Assembly: GCA_900318565.1 (NCBI GenBank)
Contig: ONLD01000002.1
Location: forward strand, 1,861-65,860
DNA length: 64,000 nucleotides
Direction: 5' to 3'
Source: an uncultured Bacteroidales bacterium
Lineage (GTDB): Bacteria; Bacteroidota; Bacteroidia; Bacteroidales; UBA932
Position numbers and translations under genes: made by a program. Below the pieces are notes generated by a model. That model did no database searches. It saw nothing but the letters and a program-made list of their open reading frames with translations, and had not been told where the DNA came from. The first letter of the stretch is position 1. Every line of letters begins with the position of its first letter. Below are positions 1-13,106 of this stretch, in pieces.

Positions 1-1
1 A

Positions 2-3000
2 AAGACTGCCCCAAAGCGCATCAACTTCGCAACTTCGAAAATTCTGGAGTACCCGGACCTTCTGGAGGTGCAGCTCAAGAGTTTCAAGGATTTTTTCCAG
101 CTTGAGACCACCCCTGAAAACAGGAAAAATGAAGGCCTTTACCAGGTATTCCAGGAAATTTTTCCTATCGAGGACACGAGGAACAACTACAAGTTGGAAT
201 TTATCGACTATTTCGTCGATCCTCCCAAGTACTCGATTCAGGAGTGTCTGGAGCGCGGACTTACCTACAACGTCCCGCTGAAGGCAAAGCTCAGGCTGTC
301 CTGCACGGACCCCGAGCACGAAGACTTCGACACGAGGGTCCAGGACGTCTATCTTGGAGACATTCCCTATATGACTCCGGGCGGCACCTTCGTGATTAAC
401 GGCTCGGAGCGCATCGTCGTCTCCCAGCTGCACCGTTCTCCCGGCGTGTTCTTTGACCAGAATATGCACGCGAACGGAACCAAACTGTATTCCGCCCGTA
501 TCATCCCGTTCAAAGGTTCCTGGATTGAATTCGCCACGGACATCAACAACGTGATGTACGCCTACATCGACCGCAAGAAGAAGCTGCCTGTCACCACCCT
601 CCTCAGGGCTATCGGATACAATTCCGACAAGGACATCATCGACATCTTCGACCTGGCCGACGAAGTCTCCACGGAGCCCGAAGTGCTGCAGCAGTTCAGC
701 GCACGCACCGAAATCGGCGAAGACGGAGCGGAAAAGAGAATCCCCGGACGCAAGCTTGCAGCCAAAGTGCTCAAGACCTGGACCGAGGACTTCGAAGATG
801 AGGATACCGGAGAAATCATCCCCATCGAGCGTACGAAGGCCATCGTGGAAAGAGGCGAGGAGCTGAATGAAGACACCATCGCAGCCATCTGCGACACCGA
901 GTGCAAGTCCATCCTCCTCCAGAAAGACGAGGTTGGCTCCAACGAGTACGCCATCATCTTCAACACCCTCCAGAAGGATCCGACCAACACCGAAATCGAA
1001 GCTGTCAACTACATCTACAAGCAGCTCCGCAACTCGGAAGCACCGGATGAAAGCACCGCAAGAGACGTCATCGACAAGCTCTTCTTCTCCGAGAAGCGTT
1101 ACGATCTCGGCGCCGTGGGACGCTACCGTCTCAACAAGAAACTCGGCCTCACCATCGGCCCCGAAGTGCGCGTGCTTACCAACACCGACATCATCGAGAT
1201 CATCAAGTATCTCATCCAGCTGATCAACTCCAAGGCCACCGTCGATGATATCGACCACCTGAGCAACAGGCGTGTGCGCAGCGTCGGCGAGCAGCTTGCC
1301 AACCAGTTCAGCGTCGGTCTGAGCCGTATGGCCCGCACCATCAGGGAGCGTATGAACGTGCGCGACAGCGAGCAGTTCAACCCTATCGACCTGATCAACG
1401 CAAAGACCCTCTCGAGCGTCATCAACTCATTCTTCGGCACGAGCCAGCTGAGCCAGTTTATGGACCAGACGAACCCGCTCGCCGAAATTACGCACAAGAG
1501 GCGTCTCAGCGCACTCGGCCCCGGAGGTCTGAGCCGCGACCGCGCCGGATTCGAGGTACGAGACGTCCATTACACCCATTACGGCCGTCTCTGCCCTATC
1601 GAGTCTCCGGAAGGTCCTAACATCGGACTTATTTCGTCGCTCTGCGTGTACGCACGCATCGACGCTCTGGGATTCATCGAGACGCCCTACCGCGACGTCC
1701 ACGACGGAAAAGTGGACCTGAGCGCCGCCGGCTGCCATTATATGAGCGCCGAGGAGGAAGAGAACAAGCTCGTATCCCTTGCCAACGTGCATATGGACGA
1801 CGACGGCAACATCCTCGACGAGAGGCTCCAGTGCCGCTGCGAGGCCGACTTCCCCGTGGTCTCCAAGGAGGAGGTTGATTATATGGACGTGGCCCCGAAC
1901 CAGATGGCTTCCGTGGCTGCTTCCCTCATTCCGTTCCTGGAGCACGACGATGCGCACCGTGCCTTGATGGGCGCGAATATGATGCGTCAGGCAGTGCCGC
2001 TCCTCAGCCCCGAGTCCCCTATCGTGGGTACCGGCCTGGAAGAGAGAGTGTGTATCGACTCCCGCACCCAGTACATCGCCGAGCGCAAGGGTGAGGTCAC
2101 TTATGTGGACGCCAACGAAATCCGCATCAAGTACGACCGCACCGACGACGAGAAGTTCGTCAGCTTCGCTCCCGAAGAAGTCATCTACCGTATGCCCATC
2201 TACCGCAGGACCAACCAGAGCACCACTATCAACCTGAAGCCTATCGTGCGCAAGGGAGACAAGGTGGAGGCCGGCCAGGTGCTGACGGAAGGTTACGCGA
2301 CCCAGGGCGGCGAGCTCGCACTCGGACGCAACCTCAAGGTGGCGTTTATGCCTTGGAAGGGTTACAACTATGAGGACGCCATCGTGCTCAGCGAGGAGAT
2401 GGTCAAGTGGGACATCCTCACTTCCGTCCACGTGGACGAGTACCTCACCGAGGTGCGCGACACCAAGCGCGGAATGGAGGAACTGACCTCCGACATCCCC
2501 AACGTCAGCGAAGACGCGACCAAGGACCTGGACAAGAACGGCATCATCCGCATCGGCGCCCACATCGAGCCGGGCGACATAATGATCGGCAAGATTACAC
2601 CCAAGGGCGAAAGCGATCCGTCCCCGGAGGAGAAGCTCCTCAAGGCCATCTTCGGCGACAAGGCCGGCGACGTCAAGGACGCTTCCCTCAAGGCCAATCC
2701 TTCCCTGAGCGGCACCGTGGTGGGCACCGCCCTCTACACCAAGCTCGCTAAGGAAAGCGGCCGCAAGGGCGCAGGCAAGGCAGACCAGAAAGCCCGCCTG
2801 GAGCTCCGCCAGCAGGAATTCGACGCCAAGGCGACCAAGCTCCTGGAGGATCTCGTCAGCAGGCTTACCGTGCTGACCAAGAACCGCAAGAGCGCCGGCA
2901 TCAGCGACCTCTACAACGTCGAGATCGTGGCGAAGGACAAGAAGTTCACCCCCGAACTTCTCCGTTCCATCGACTACCAGAACGTCAATTCCGCCAAGTG

Positions 3001-3859
3001 GACCTCCGACAAGGACACCAACGCGATGATCCGCGACCTTATAAACAACTACTGCATCACCCTCAAGACTGAAGCCGCCGCTTTCAAGCGTGAAATCGAC
3101 AAGATGAAGGTCGGCGACGAACTGCCCAACGGCGTTATGCAGCTGGCCAAGGTCTATATCGCCAAGAAGCGCAAGATCACCGTCGGTGACAAGATGGCAG
3201 GCCGCCACGGCAACAAGGGTATCGTGGCTAAGATCGTCCGCAGGGAGGATATGCCTTTCCTGGAGGACGGCACTCCTGTCGATATCGTACTGAACCCTCT
3301 CGGCGTGCCTTCACGTATGAACCTGGGACAGATCTACGAGACCGTGCTCGGTTGGGCCGGCAAGCGTCTGGGCATCAAGTTCAGCACCCCTATTTTCGAC
3401 GGCGCAAGCATCGAAGAGATCTGCGACTACACCGACAAGGCCGGCGTGCCCCGCTTCGGCAAGACGCAACTCCGCGACGGCGGCACCGGTGACTTCTTCG
3501 ACCAGCCCGCAACGGTCGGCGTCATCTATATGATCAAGCTCGGCCATATGGTCGATGACAAGATGCACGCCCGTAGCATAGGTCCCTATTCCCTTATCAC
3601 CCAGCAGCCTCTCGGCGGTAAAGCCCAGTTCGGAGGCCAGCGTTTCGGAGAAATGGAAGTCTGGGCCCTCGAGGCTTTCGGCGCAGCAAATACACTGCAG
3701 GAGATTCTGACCGTCAAGTCCGACGACGTGACCGGCCGCAGCAAGACCTACGAGGCCATTGTCAAGGGCGATCCTATGCCGCCGGCAGGTATTCCCGAAT
3801 CCCTCAACGTGCTGCTCCACGAGCTTCGCGGCCTCGGTCTCAAAGTCACTTTGGAATAA
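2..3859 (+). CDS. rpoB: DNA-directed RNA polymerase subunit beta; 5' end lies upstream of the window
   Basis: Frame 2 is open from base 2 ([28 protein letters not shown]...), so the tracked start at 68 is internal. Canonical RpoB blocks are present: [82 protein letters not shown]. Confidence 0.97.
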   Translation, partial: KTAPKRINFATSKILEYPDLLEVQLKSFKDFFQLETTPENRKNEGLYQVFQEIFPIEDTRNNYKLEFIDYFVDPPKYSIQECLERGLTYNVPLKAKLRLSCTDPEHEDFDTRVQDVYLGDIPYMTPGGTFVINGSERIVVSQLHRSPGVFFDQNMHANGTKLYSARIIPFKGSWIEFATDINNVMYAYIDRKKKLPVTTLLRAIGYNSDKDIIDIFDLADEVSTEPEVLQQFSARTEIGEDGAEKRIPGRKLAAKVLKTWTEDFEDEDTGEIIPIERTKAIVERGEELNEDTIAAICDTECKSILLQKDEVGSNEYAIIFNTLQKDPTNTEIEAVNYIYKQLRNSEAPDESTARDVIDKLFFSEKRYDLGAVGRYRLNKKLGLTIGPEVRVLTNTDIIEIIKYLIQLINSKATVDDIDHLSNRRVRSVGEQLANQFSVGLSRMARTIRERMNVRDSEQFNPIDLINAKTLSSVINSFFGTSQLSQFMDQTNPLAEITHKRRLSALGPGGLSRDRAGFEVRDVHYTHYGRLCPIESPEGPNIGLISSLCVYARIDALGFIETPYRDVHDGKVDLSAAGCHYMSAEEEENKLVSLANVHMDDDGNILDERLQCRCEADFPVVSKEEVDYMDVAPNQMASVAASLIPFLEHDDAHRALMGANMMRQAVPLLSPESPIVGTGLEERVCIDSRTQYIAERKGEVTYVDANEIRIKYDRTDDEKFVSFAPEEVIYRMPIYRRTNQSTTINLKPIVRKGDKVEAGQVLTEGYATQGGELALGRNLKVAFMPWKGYNYEDAIVLSEEMVKWDILTSVHVDEYLTEVRDTKRGMEELTSDIPNVSEDATKDLDKNGIIRIGAHIEPGDIMIGKITPKGESDPSPEEKLLKAIFGDKAGDVKDASLKANPSLSGTVVGTALYTKLAKESGRKGAGKADQKARLELRQQEFDAKATKLLEDLVSRLTVLTKNRKSAGISDLYNVEIVAKDKKFTPELLRSIDYQNVNSAKWTSDKDTNAMIRDLINNYCITLKTEAAAFKREIDKMKVGDELPNGVMQLAKVYIAKKRKITVGDKMAGRHGNKGIVAKIVRREDMPFLEDGTPVDIVLNPLGVPSRMNLGQIYETVLGWAGKRLGIKFSTPIFDGASIEEICDYTDKAGVPRFGKTQLRDGGTGDFFDQPATVGVIYMIKLGHMVDDKMHARSIGPYSLITQQPLGGKAQFGGQRFGEMEVWALEAFGAANTLQEILTVKSDDVTGRSKTYEAIVKGDPMPPAGIPESLNVLLHELRGLGLKVTLE

Positions 3860-3880
3860 TATCATTGAACGATACTAGTT

Positions 3881-8167
<4,287 letters not shown>

Positions 8168-8185
8168 CCGCTCACTCACTCCATA

Positions 8186-8220
8186 GAAAAAGCCTACACC
8201 CCCAGGTGCAGGCTTTTTTG
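8186..8220 (+). terminator. Rho-independent terminator candidate after rpoC
   Basis: Stem AGCCTACAC (8191-8199) pairs with GTGCAGGCT (8206-8214) at 8 of 9 positions, with loop CCCCAG. A T6 run follows and an A-run precedes. It lies 19 nt after the rpoC stop. Confidence 0.7.
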
Positions 8221-8233
8221 CTATATATCGCAA

Positions 8234-8480
8234 GACTCGCCCCTGCGGCCCCCCAATCGGCACCCTGCGGGCCCCAAATCTCACTTCTGCGGGACAGAAA
8301 ACAGCTAAATCGGGCCCGGACGCCGGAAAACTCACCTCTGCGGGACAGAAAACAGCTAAATCGGGCCCGGACGCCGGAAAACTCACCTCAGTTGGCCCGA
8401 AATCGGCATATTCGGGCCCAGAAGTCGGAAAAACCACCTCTGCGGGACCGAAAACTGCACAATCGGGCCCAGAAAGCCGG
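8234..8480. repeat. Tandem array of a ~51-bp unit (two near-identical plus about three degenerate copies)
   Basis: CTCACYTCTGCGGGACAGAAAACAGCTAAATCGGGCCCGGACGCCGGAAAA occurs at 8280-8330 and 8331-8381, differing at one base. Degenerate copies flank these, sharing the cores CTGCGGG and AATCGGGCCC. Confidence 0.85.
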
Positions 8481-8499
8481 CTGTTTTGTGTATGCGGGA

Positions 8500-8790
8500 G
8501 AAAGCAGTGGCTATGTGCCGGAATCGAGCAGCGGAATGGTGTGGGACGACGGGGCGGTATGCCGGAATTGGGCGGAAGGGCGGCAGTGGCAGAATTGGGC
8601 AGTAAGCAGGGATCGGGCGGCGGAACAGGAAGGGGCGGTAGTGCGCAGGGATTGGGTAACGGAACGGGAGGGACAGCAGTGGCGGAGAGCCGGAAACGGA
8701 CGGCGTGCCCGGGCGGCTTGGAGGCGGAGAGCCGGGAACGGACGGTATGCCGGGGTGGATGCCGGGAAGTCACTTGGGAGCTGGGGTGAG
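8500..8790. repeat. G-rich, strand-asymmetric degenerate repeat tract
   Basis: Recurring GCCGGAA / GGGCGG / GGCGGAGAGCCGG(A/G)AACGGACGG blocks, for example 8685-8713 versus 8726-8755. The plus strand is strongly G-rich with few C runs. ORFs on both strands here are low-complexity. Confidence 0.6.
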
Positions 8791-8856
8791 CGTGGTGTGG
8801 TGTTTTTGAGTACAATTAATTATATTTGCAATATGAGATAATTTTATATTGCTGTA

Positions 8857-9170
8857 ATGTGCTCTTTAACATTGGCTTCCTGCGCGCCGCAGATGCCGCA
8901 GACCAGAAAAGACCCGACCACTGACGAATACTTCGGCACTATGGTGCCCGACCCCTACCGCTGGCTGGAGGACGACCTCTCGCCCGAAACGGCGTCTCAA
9001 TCAATAAAGATGAGACTATGGCATTCCTCTCCGAGGGCGGCGCCGACGTGGGCAACAACCTGTACGTCAAGGACCTGAAGCGCGGAGGCGGCAAGCCAAT
9101 GGCCAAGGTGCTTGAAGAGCAGGCAGACATCTACTCGTTCATTATGTACAACCTGAAAATGAGCTACTGA
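8857..9170 (+). pseudogene. Decayed prolyl oligopeptidase (S9A) remnant with large internal deletion(s)
   Basis: The 8857 frame gives a lipoprotein-like start plus [31 protein letters not shown], the typical POP N-terminus. A different frame (9018-9170) gives [46 protein letters not shown], which resembles POP internal and C-terminal blocks. The expected AGHG catalytic-His context is replaced by KRGG. About 650 aa of a normal POP are missing. A TATATTTG -7 box sits at 8821-8828. Confidence 0.6.
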
Positions 9171-9180
9171 TTTCTGCACG

Positions 9181-11298
9181 ATGAACCGTAAACTACTATA
9201 CTTTATATGCTTTGCAGCTATAGTCCTGGGCTCCGCAGCGTGCTCCAGGGAGGACACTCCGGGAGCCGGATCCGGACAGGAAGGGCTCTATGCCATCATA
9301 TCCGAAGGGCTTGATTCCAAAGTATATATGGATGCCGACCGCAAAGTCTACTGGAATGCAGGCGACAAGGTATCAGTATTCAACGGCAGCACTGCCAACG
9401 AGGAATACGCCTTTGCCGGGCAGGACGGCGACAAGTCCGGAAAGATCGAGAAGGTCGCCGGCACTGCTGCGGGCACCGGAAGTCCCGCCGAGGGCGTCCG
9501 GGCCGTTTATCCCTACGGCGAGGATGTCACACTGTCCGGCGAAACACTGTCGCTGACGCTCCCCGCGCAGCAGGCCTTCGGCTCAGGGACCTTTGCCCCG
9601 GGAGCCAGCCCTATGGCAGCCTATTCCACAGACAACAACCTGTCGTTCAAGAACTTGTGCGGTCTTCTGATAGTCCGGCTATACGGCCCTTCGAGCATCT
9701 CTTCCATTACCCTGAAAGGCAACGGCGGCGAGTTCCTTGCCGGCCGCGCACAGGTGACCTTCAAGGACGGTATCCCGGAGTGCAAGATGCTGGCGGAAGG
9801 CGCTGCAAAGGAAATAACCATCCAGTGCGACAGCCCCGTCACGACCGGCGCTGACGAGTCCGGCGCAACGGAGTTCATCTTCGTGCTGCCCCCTGTTTCC
9901 TTCAGCCGCGGCATCTCCATCTCGGCCATTGACAACCAGGGCCGCAGCTATGAGGCCGGCACCGGCGGAGCAGTCGAAGTCAGGCGCTCGGCAATATCGA
10001 GAATGGCGCCTCTCCGGGCCAATCTCAGCAATCCCGTACAGGCCGAGAAAGGATCCCCCCTGCCTGCGTGGAAGCAGGGCTACCTGGACATACATTCCAT
10101 CAACGGCGGACGCGGCGAGGCCTTCTACTACATCTTGCCCGACGGCACCACGATGCTGGTAGACGCGGCCGGCGGCAACGACTTCGAGATCGAGGGCGAA
10201 GGCGGCTCGGGCATATACTCCCGCCCCTCCCGTCAGTACTCCAGCGGCAACGTCATCGTGAGGTACATACAGCATTTCGCTCCCTGGCAGGCCGGCGGCA
10301 AGATCGACTACTTTATGCTGTCGCACTACCACTCCGACCATATGGGCTCCTACACCAAGTACTTCTCCAACTACGGCTGGAAGGTCGTGGATAGCAACGG
10401 CACCATCACGCCCGCCATCAACCTTAACGCCGGAGGCTTCCTGCTCAACGGACTCCCCGAGGTGGGCTACTACCTGCCTATCGTAAAGCTCATAGACCGC
10501 GGCGAATGGAACGACCGGGCATCCAACGTCTGGGAAAGCGCCCCCGGAAGGCGCCAGAACTACTATAACTTCATCGACTGGACCACCCGCGCCAACGGCA
10601 CCGTGCGCGAGAAACTGGCTATCGGGCACACGGACCAGATAGTGCTCAAGCATGACGCGGCGCTATACCCCGGTTTCCAGATCCGGGGAATCGCCGCAGG
10701 CGGCGACATCTGGACCGGAAGCGGAACCTCGGTGAATACTACGTATCTTCCCACTGCCGAACAGTGCCTCGCAAACATCGACACCTACGACATCAACGAG
10801 AACATCCTGTCCTGCGTCTTCACGCTCAAGTACGGCAAGTTCGACTGGTTTTCCGGAGGCGACATCCAGTACAACGGCTACACCACCTACAGCTGGAAGG
10901 ACATAGAGAAACCCATCTCCAAGGTGGTGGGCAAGGTGGAAGCTATGAAGGCCAACCACCACAGCACCAAAAGCACCAACAGCACGACGCTGCTCTCCGT
11001 CCTCAAGCCCGACTGCTACATAGTGGGCGTATGGACCGAGAACCAGCCCAATCCCGCCACTATGAAAAGGGTGTACACGGCCAACAAGAACGTAAAGATA
11101 TTCGCCACCAACCTGGCCGACAGCATAGTAAGCGAACTCAAGGCGGCCGGCATCGACCCCGCCACCTTCTCCGCCACAAGCGGACATATAGTCCTGCGTG
11201 TGCTCCCCGGAGGCGGGTCCTACTACGTGTATGTACTTGACGACTCCGACTTCAACTACAGGGTAAAAGACATCTACGGTCCATTTACGGCTTCATAG
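9181..11298 (+). CDS. Surface lipoprotein: fimbrillin-like N-terminal module fused to a ComEC-like MBL-fold domain
   Basis: Lipobox signal MNRKLLYFICFAAIVLGSAACS. The N-terminal module carries KVYWNAGDKVSVF...AVYPY. The C-terminal domain from about 10048 carries LPAWKQGYLDIHSINGGRGEAFYYILPDGTTMLVDAAGG, the HxHxDH motif (LSHYHSDHMG), KANHHSTKSTNSTTLLSVLKP and the tail GHIVLRVLPGGGSYYVYVLDD. Confidence 0.85.
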   Translation: MNRKLLYFICFAAIVLGSAACSREDTPGAGSGQEGLYAIISEGLDSKVYMDADRKVYWNAGDKVSVFNGSTANEEYAFAGQDGDKSGKIEKVAGTAAGTGSPAEGVRAVYPYGEDVTLSGETLSLTLPAQQAFGSGTFAPGASPMAAYSTDNNLSFKNLCGLLIVRLYGPSSISSITLKGNGGEFLAGRAQVTFKDGIPECKMLAEGAAKEITIQCDSPVTTGADESGATEFIFVLPPVSFSRGISISAIDNQGRSYEAGTGGAVEVRRSAISRMAPLRANLSNPVQAEKGSPLPAWKQGYLDIHSINGGRGEAFYYILPDGTTMLVDAAGGNDFEIEGEGGSGIYSRPSRQYSSGNVIVRYIQHFAPWQAGGKIDYFMLSHYHSDHMGSYTKYFSNYGWKVVDSNGTITPAINLNAGGFLLNGLPEVGYYLPIVKLIDRGEWNDRASNVWESAPGRRQNYYNFIDWTTRANGTVREKLAIGHTDQIVLKHDAALYPGFQIRGIAAGGDIWTGSGTSVNTTYLPTAEQCLANIDTYDINENILSCVFTLKYGKFDWFSGGDIQYNGYTTYSWKDIEKPISKVVGKVEAMKANHHSTKSTNSTTLLSVLKPDCYIVGVWTENQPNPATMKRVYTANKNVKIFATNLADSIVSELKAAGIDPATFSATSGHIVLRVLPGGGSYYVYVLDDSDFNYRVKDIYGPFTAS

Positions 11299-11299
11299 G

Positions 11300-11476
11300 A
11301 TGATAAAAAAGACTATTCTCTGCATAAGCGCCATCGCCCTGGCCTGCTCCTGCACAATCGAGCCTGCAGCCATTTCAGGGCCAGGTTTCAGCGCCGCCAT
11401 AGAACAAGAAGGCAAGACATACGTCGACGCACAGTTCCACTTATGCTGGCACGCCGGCGACAGATTCAAGAATTGA
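11300..11476 (+). pseudogene. Truncated N-terminal fragment (58 aa) of a fimbrillin-like lipoprotein paralog
   Basis: MIKKTILCISAIALACSC lipobox followed by ...DAQFHLCWHAGDRFKN*. This matches the (K/G)VxWxxGDxI motif of the neighbouring lipoproteins but stops immediately. Its last 11 nt overlap the 3' end of the convergent sigma gene. Confidence 0.45.
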
Positions 11477-12005
11477 AGAAATCCGCGAGCGCTACACGCA
11501 AGTGCCTGAGCGCCTGCGAAATGCGATATTCGATAGTCTTGACGGACACTCCGCCGTCCTTGGCAATATCTTTATATTTGAGGCCGTCCGACCTGCTTTT
11601 CATAAAGGCCGCCCTCTGCTCCTCGGGAAGAGCGTCAAGGGCGTCTGAGAGCATCGTTCCCAGCTCCCGCACGCTAGAATAAGAACTGTCGGACACGGCA
11701 TCCAGCACTGACTGCCTGACGCTGGAATGATAACGCTCCCTGAGGTTCTTTCGGTCCAGGACGCTCAAGCACCTGTTGCGCACCGCAGAATAAAGATAGG
11801 CACCCACTTCGCCTCTGATATGCATCGAGGAGGCATTTTTCCACAAGTTGAAAAAGACATCCTGGACGACATCACGGGCGTCTTCCGCTTCAAGGTAATG
11901 TCCGGCATACGACTCAAGCACGGGATACCATTTCCGGAAAAGCTTTTCAAACGCTTCCCGGTCGCCGTTCGCGATAAGATATATGTTCCGCTTGTCGTCG
12001 TTCAT
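11466..12005 (-). CDS. ECF (sigma-70 family) RNA polymerase sigma factor
   Basis: 179 aa. Region 2 (FEKLFRKWYPVLESYAGHYL...DARDVVQDVFFNLW) and region 4 HTH (LPEEQRAAFMKSRSDGLKYKDIAKDGGVSVKTIEYRISQALRHLR) are both present. The gene is divergent from a FecR gene. Confidence 0.93.
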   Translation of the reverse strand: MNDDKRNIYLIANGDREAFEKLFRKWYPVLESYAGHYLEAEDARDVVQDVFFNLWKNASSMHIRGEVGAYLYSAVRNRCLSVLDRKNLRERYHSSVRQSVLDAVSDSSYSSVRELGTMLSDALDALPEEQRAAFMKSRSDGLKYKDIAKDGGVSVKTIEYRISQALRHLRVALADFFNS

Positions 12006-12024
12006 AGATATTTATCCGGATGTG

Positions 12025-12032
12025 CAAATATA
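12025..12032 (-). promoter_or_regulatory. Bacteroidetes -7 box (TATATTTG on minus strand) upstream of the ECF sigma gene
   Basis: The reverse complement of CAAATATA matches the TAnnTTTG consensus. It lies 19 nt upstream of the start codon at 12005. Confidence 0.45.
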
Positions 12033-12078
12033 AAAATTTTTTTTAGGGTGAATGCTTACTTGCCTGTCTATATAGTGT

Positions 12079-13098
12079 ATGAAAACCGATAAAGACATTG
12101 AGGACCTGCTGCCGGGATACGCTGCAGGTACCATTTCTGAAGAAGACGGAAAACTCGTGGATATGTGGATTTGCCGCAGCGAGGCAAACCGCGCAAAGGC
12201 GGAAGCTGTCTTCCGTGCCGAATATTTGCGCTCACAGGCCGACAGCATCGACAGCGCCGACACCGACAGTGCGCTGAAGTCCGTAAAGAAAAGAATCCGC
12301 AGGCACCAAGGACGCAGCACCGCCCGCGTGCTTGTGTACTGCGCCGCCGCTTTGAGCATACCCCTGATGGTCGCTACGGGCTGGCTGTCTTCGAAATTGA
12401 AGCAGGATGCCCGCTTAGCCCCTGTTGAAATCAGCTGTACCACCGGTATGGTGTCGCGCGCCACTCTTCCCGACGGAAGCCGCGTGTGGCTGAATTCCAA
12501 TTCGAAGCTCAGCTATCCGGCCGTTTTCGGACACGAACGCAGAGTCACCCTCGAAGGAGAAGGGTACTTTGAGGTGGCTAAAGACCACGGACGCAAATTC
12601 ATAGTTGAGACAAGCAGCCAGCAGGTTGAAGTCACAGGTACCGAATTCGACATTGAGGCATATCCGGACAGCGGCCCTGAAATCAGGACCACCCTGATCT
12701 CCGGAAGCATCCGTCTCCACTGCCCCGACGCCTCCGGCAGGGAGCACGTCTTCGAAGTCAGCCCGGGAGAGCAATACATCTACAACCGCGAATCCTGCAA
12801 GATACGGCGGGGAAGCGCCGAAGGCAATGAAGTCACCGCCTGGACCGAAGGCAAGACAATACTGAACAACACCAGCCTCGAGGACGCCCTGCGGGCCATC
12901 GGCAACCGCTTCAACGTGGAATTCCTGGTGCGCAACGAAAAACTGCTCTCAAACCGCTACACCGGTACTTTCAGCGGGCAGCGGCTCGAAGTCGTGCTTG
13001 AGCACTTCCGCCGCACCACAAACATTCATTTCGACACTTCCGTGAAAGGAATGGACACCTACAATATCTCTGGACGACAAATAATCATCGTATATTAG
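12079..13098 (+). CDS. FecR-family anti-sigma factor / transmembrane sensor
   Basis: 339 aa with a central TM segment (VLVYCAAALSIPLMVATGWL). The periplasmic FecR-type block is LPDGSRVWLNSNSKLSYP...VTLEGEGYFEV. The gene sits between the ECF sigma gene and an STN-bearing SusC gene. Confidence 0.9.
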   Translation: MKTDKDIEDLLPGYAAGTISEEDGKLVDMWICRSEANRAKAEAVFRAEYLRSQADSIDSADTDSALKSVKKRIRRHQGRSTARVLVYCAAALSIPLMVATGWLSSKLKQDARLAPVEISCTTGMVSRATLPDGSRVWLNSNSKLSYPAVFGHERRVTLEGEGYFEVAKDHGRKFIVETSSQQVEVTGTEFDIEAYPDSGPEIRTTLISGSIRLHCPDASGREHVFEVSPGEQYIYNRESCKIRRGSAEGNEVTAWTEGKTILNNTSLEDALRAIGNRFNVEFLVRNEKLLSNRYTGTFSGQRLEVVLEHFRRTTNIHFDTSVKGMDTYNISGRQIIIVY

Positions 13099-13106
13099 TA
13101 ACACTT

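Noticed and set aside
8234-8480. Possible CRISPR array, suggested by direct repeats of regular length.
   Set aside because: The 51-bp units are contiguous with no unique spacers between them, they degenerate progressively, and no cas genes are present in the window.
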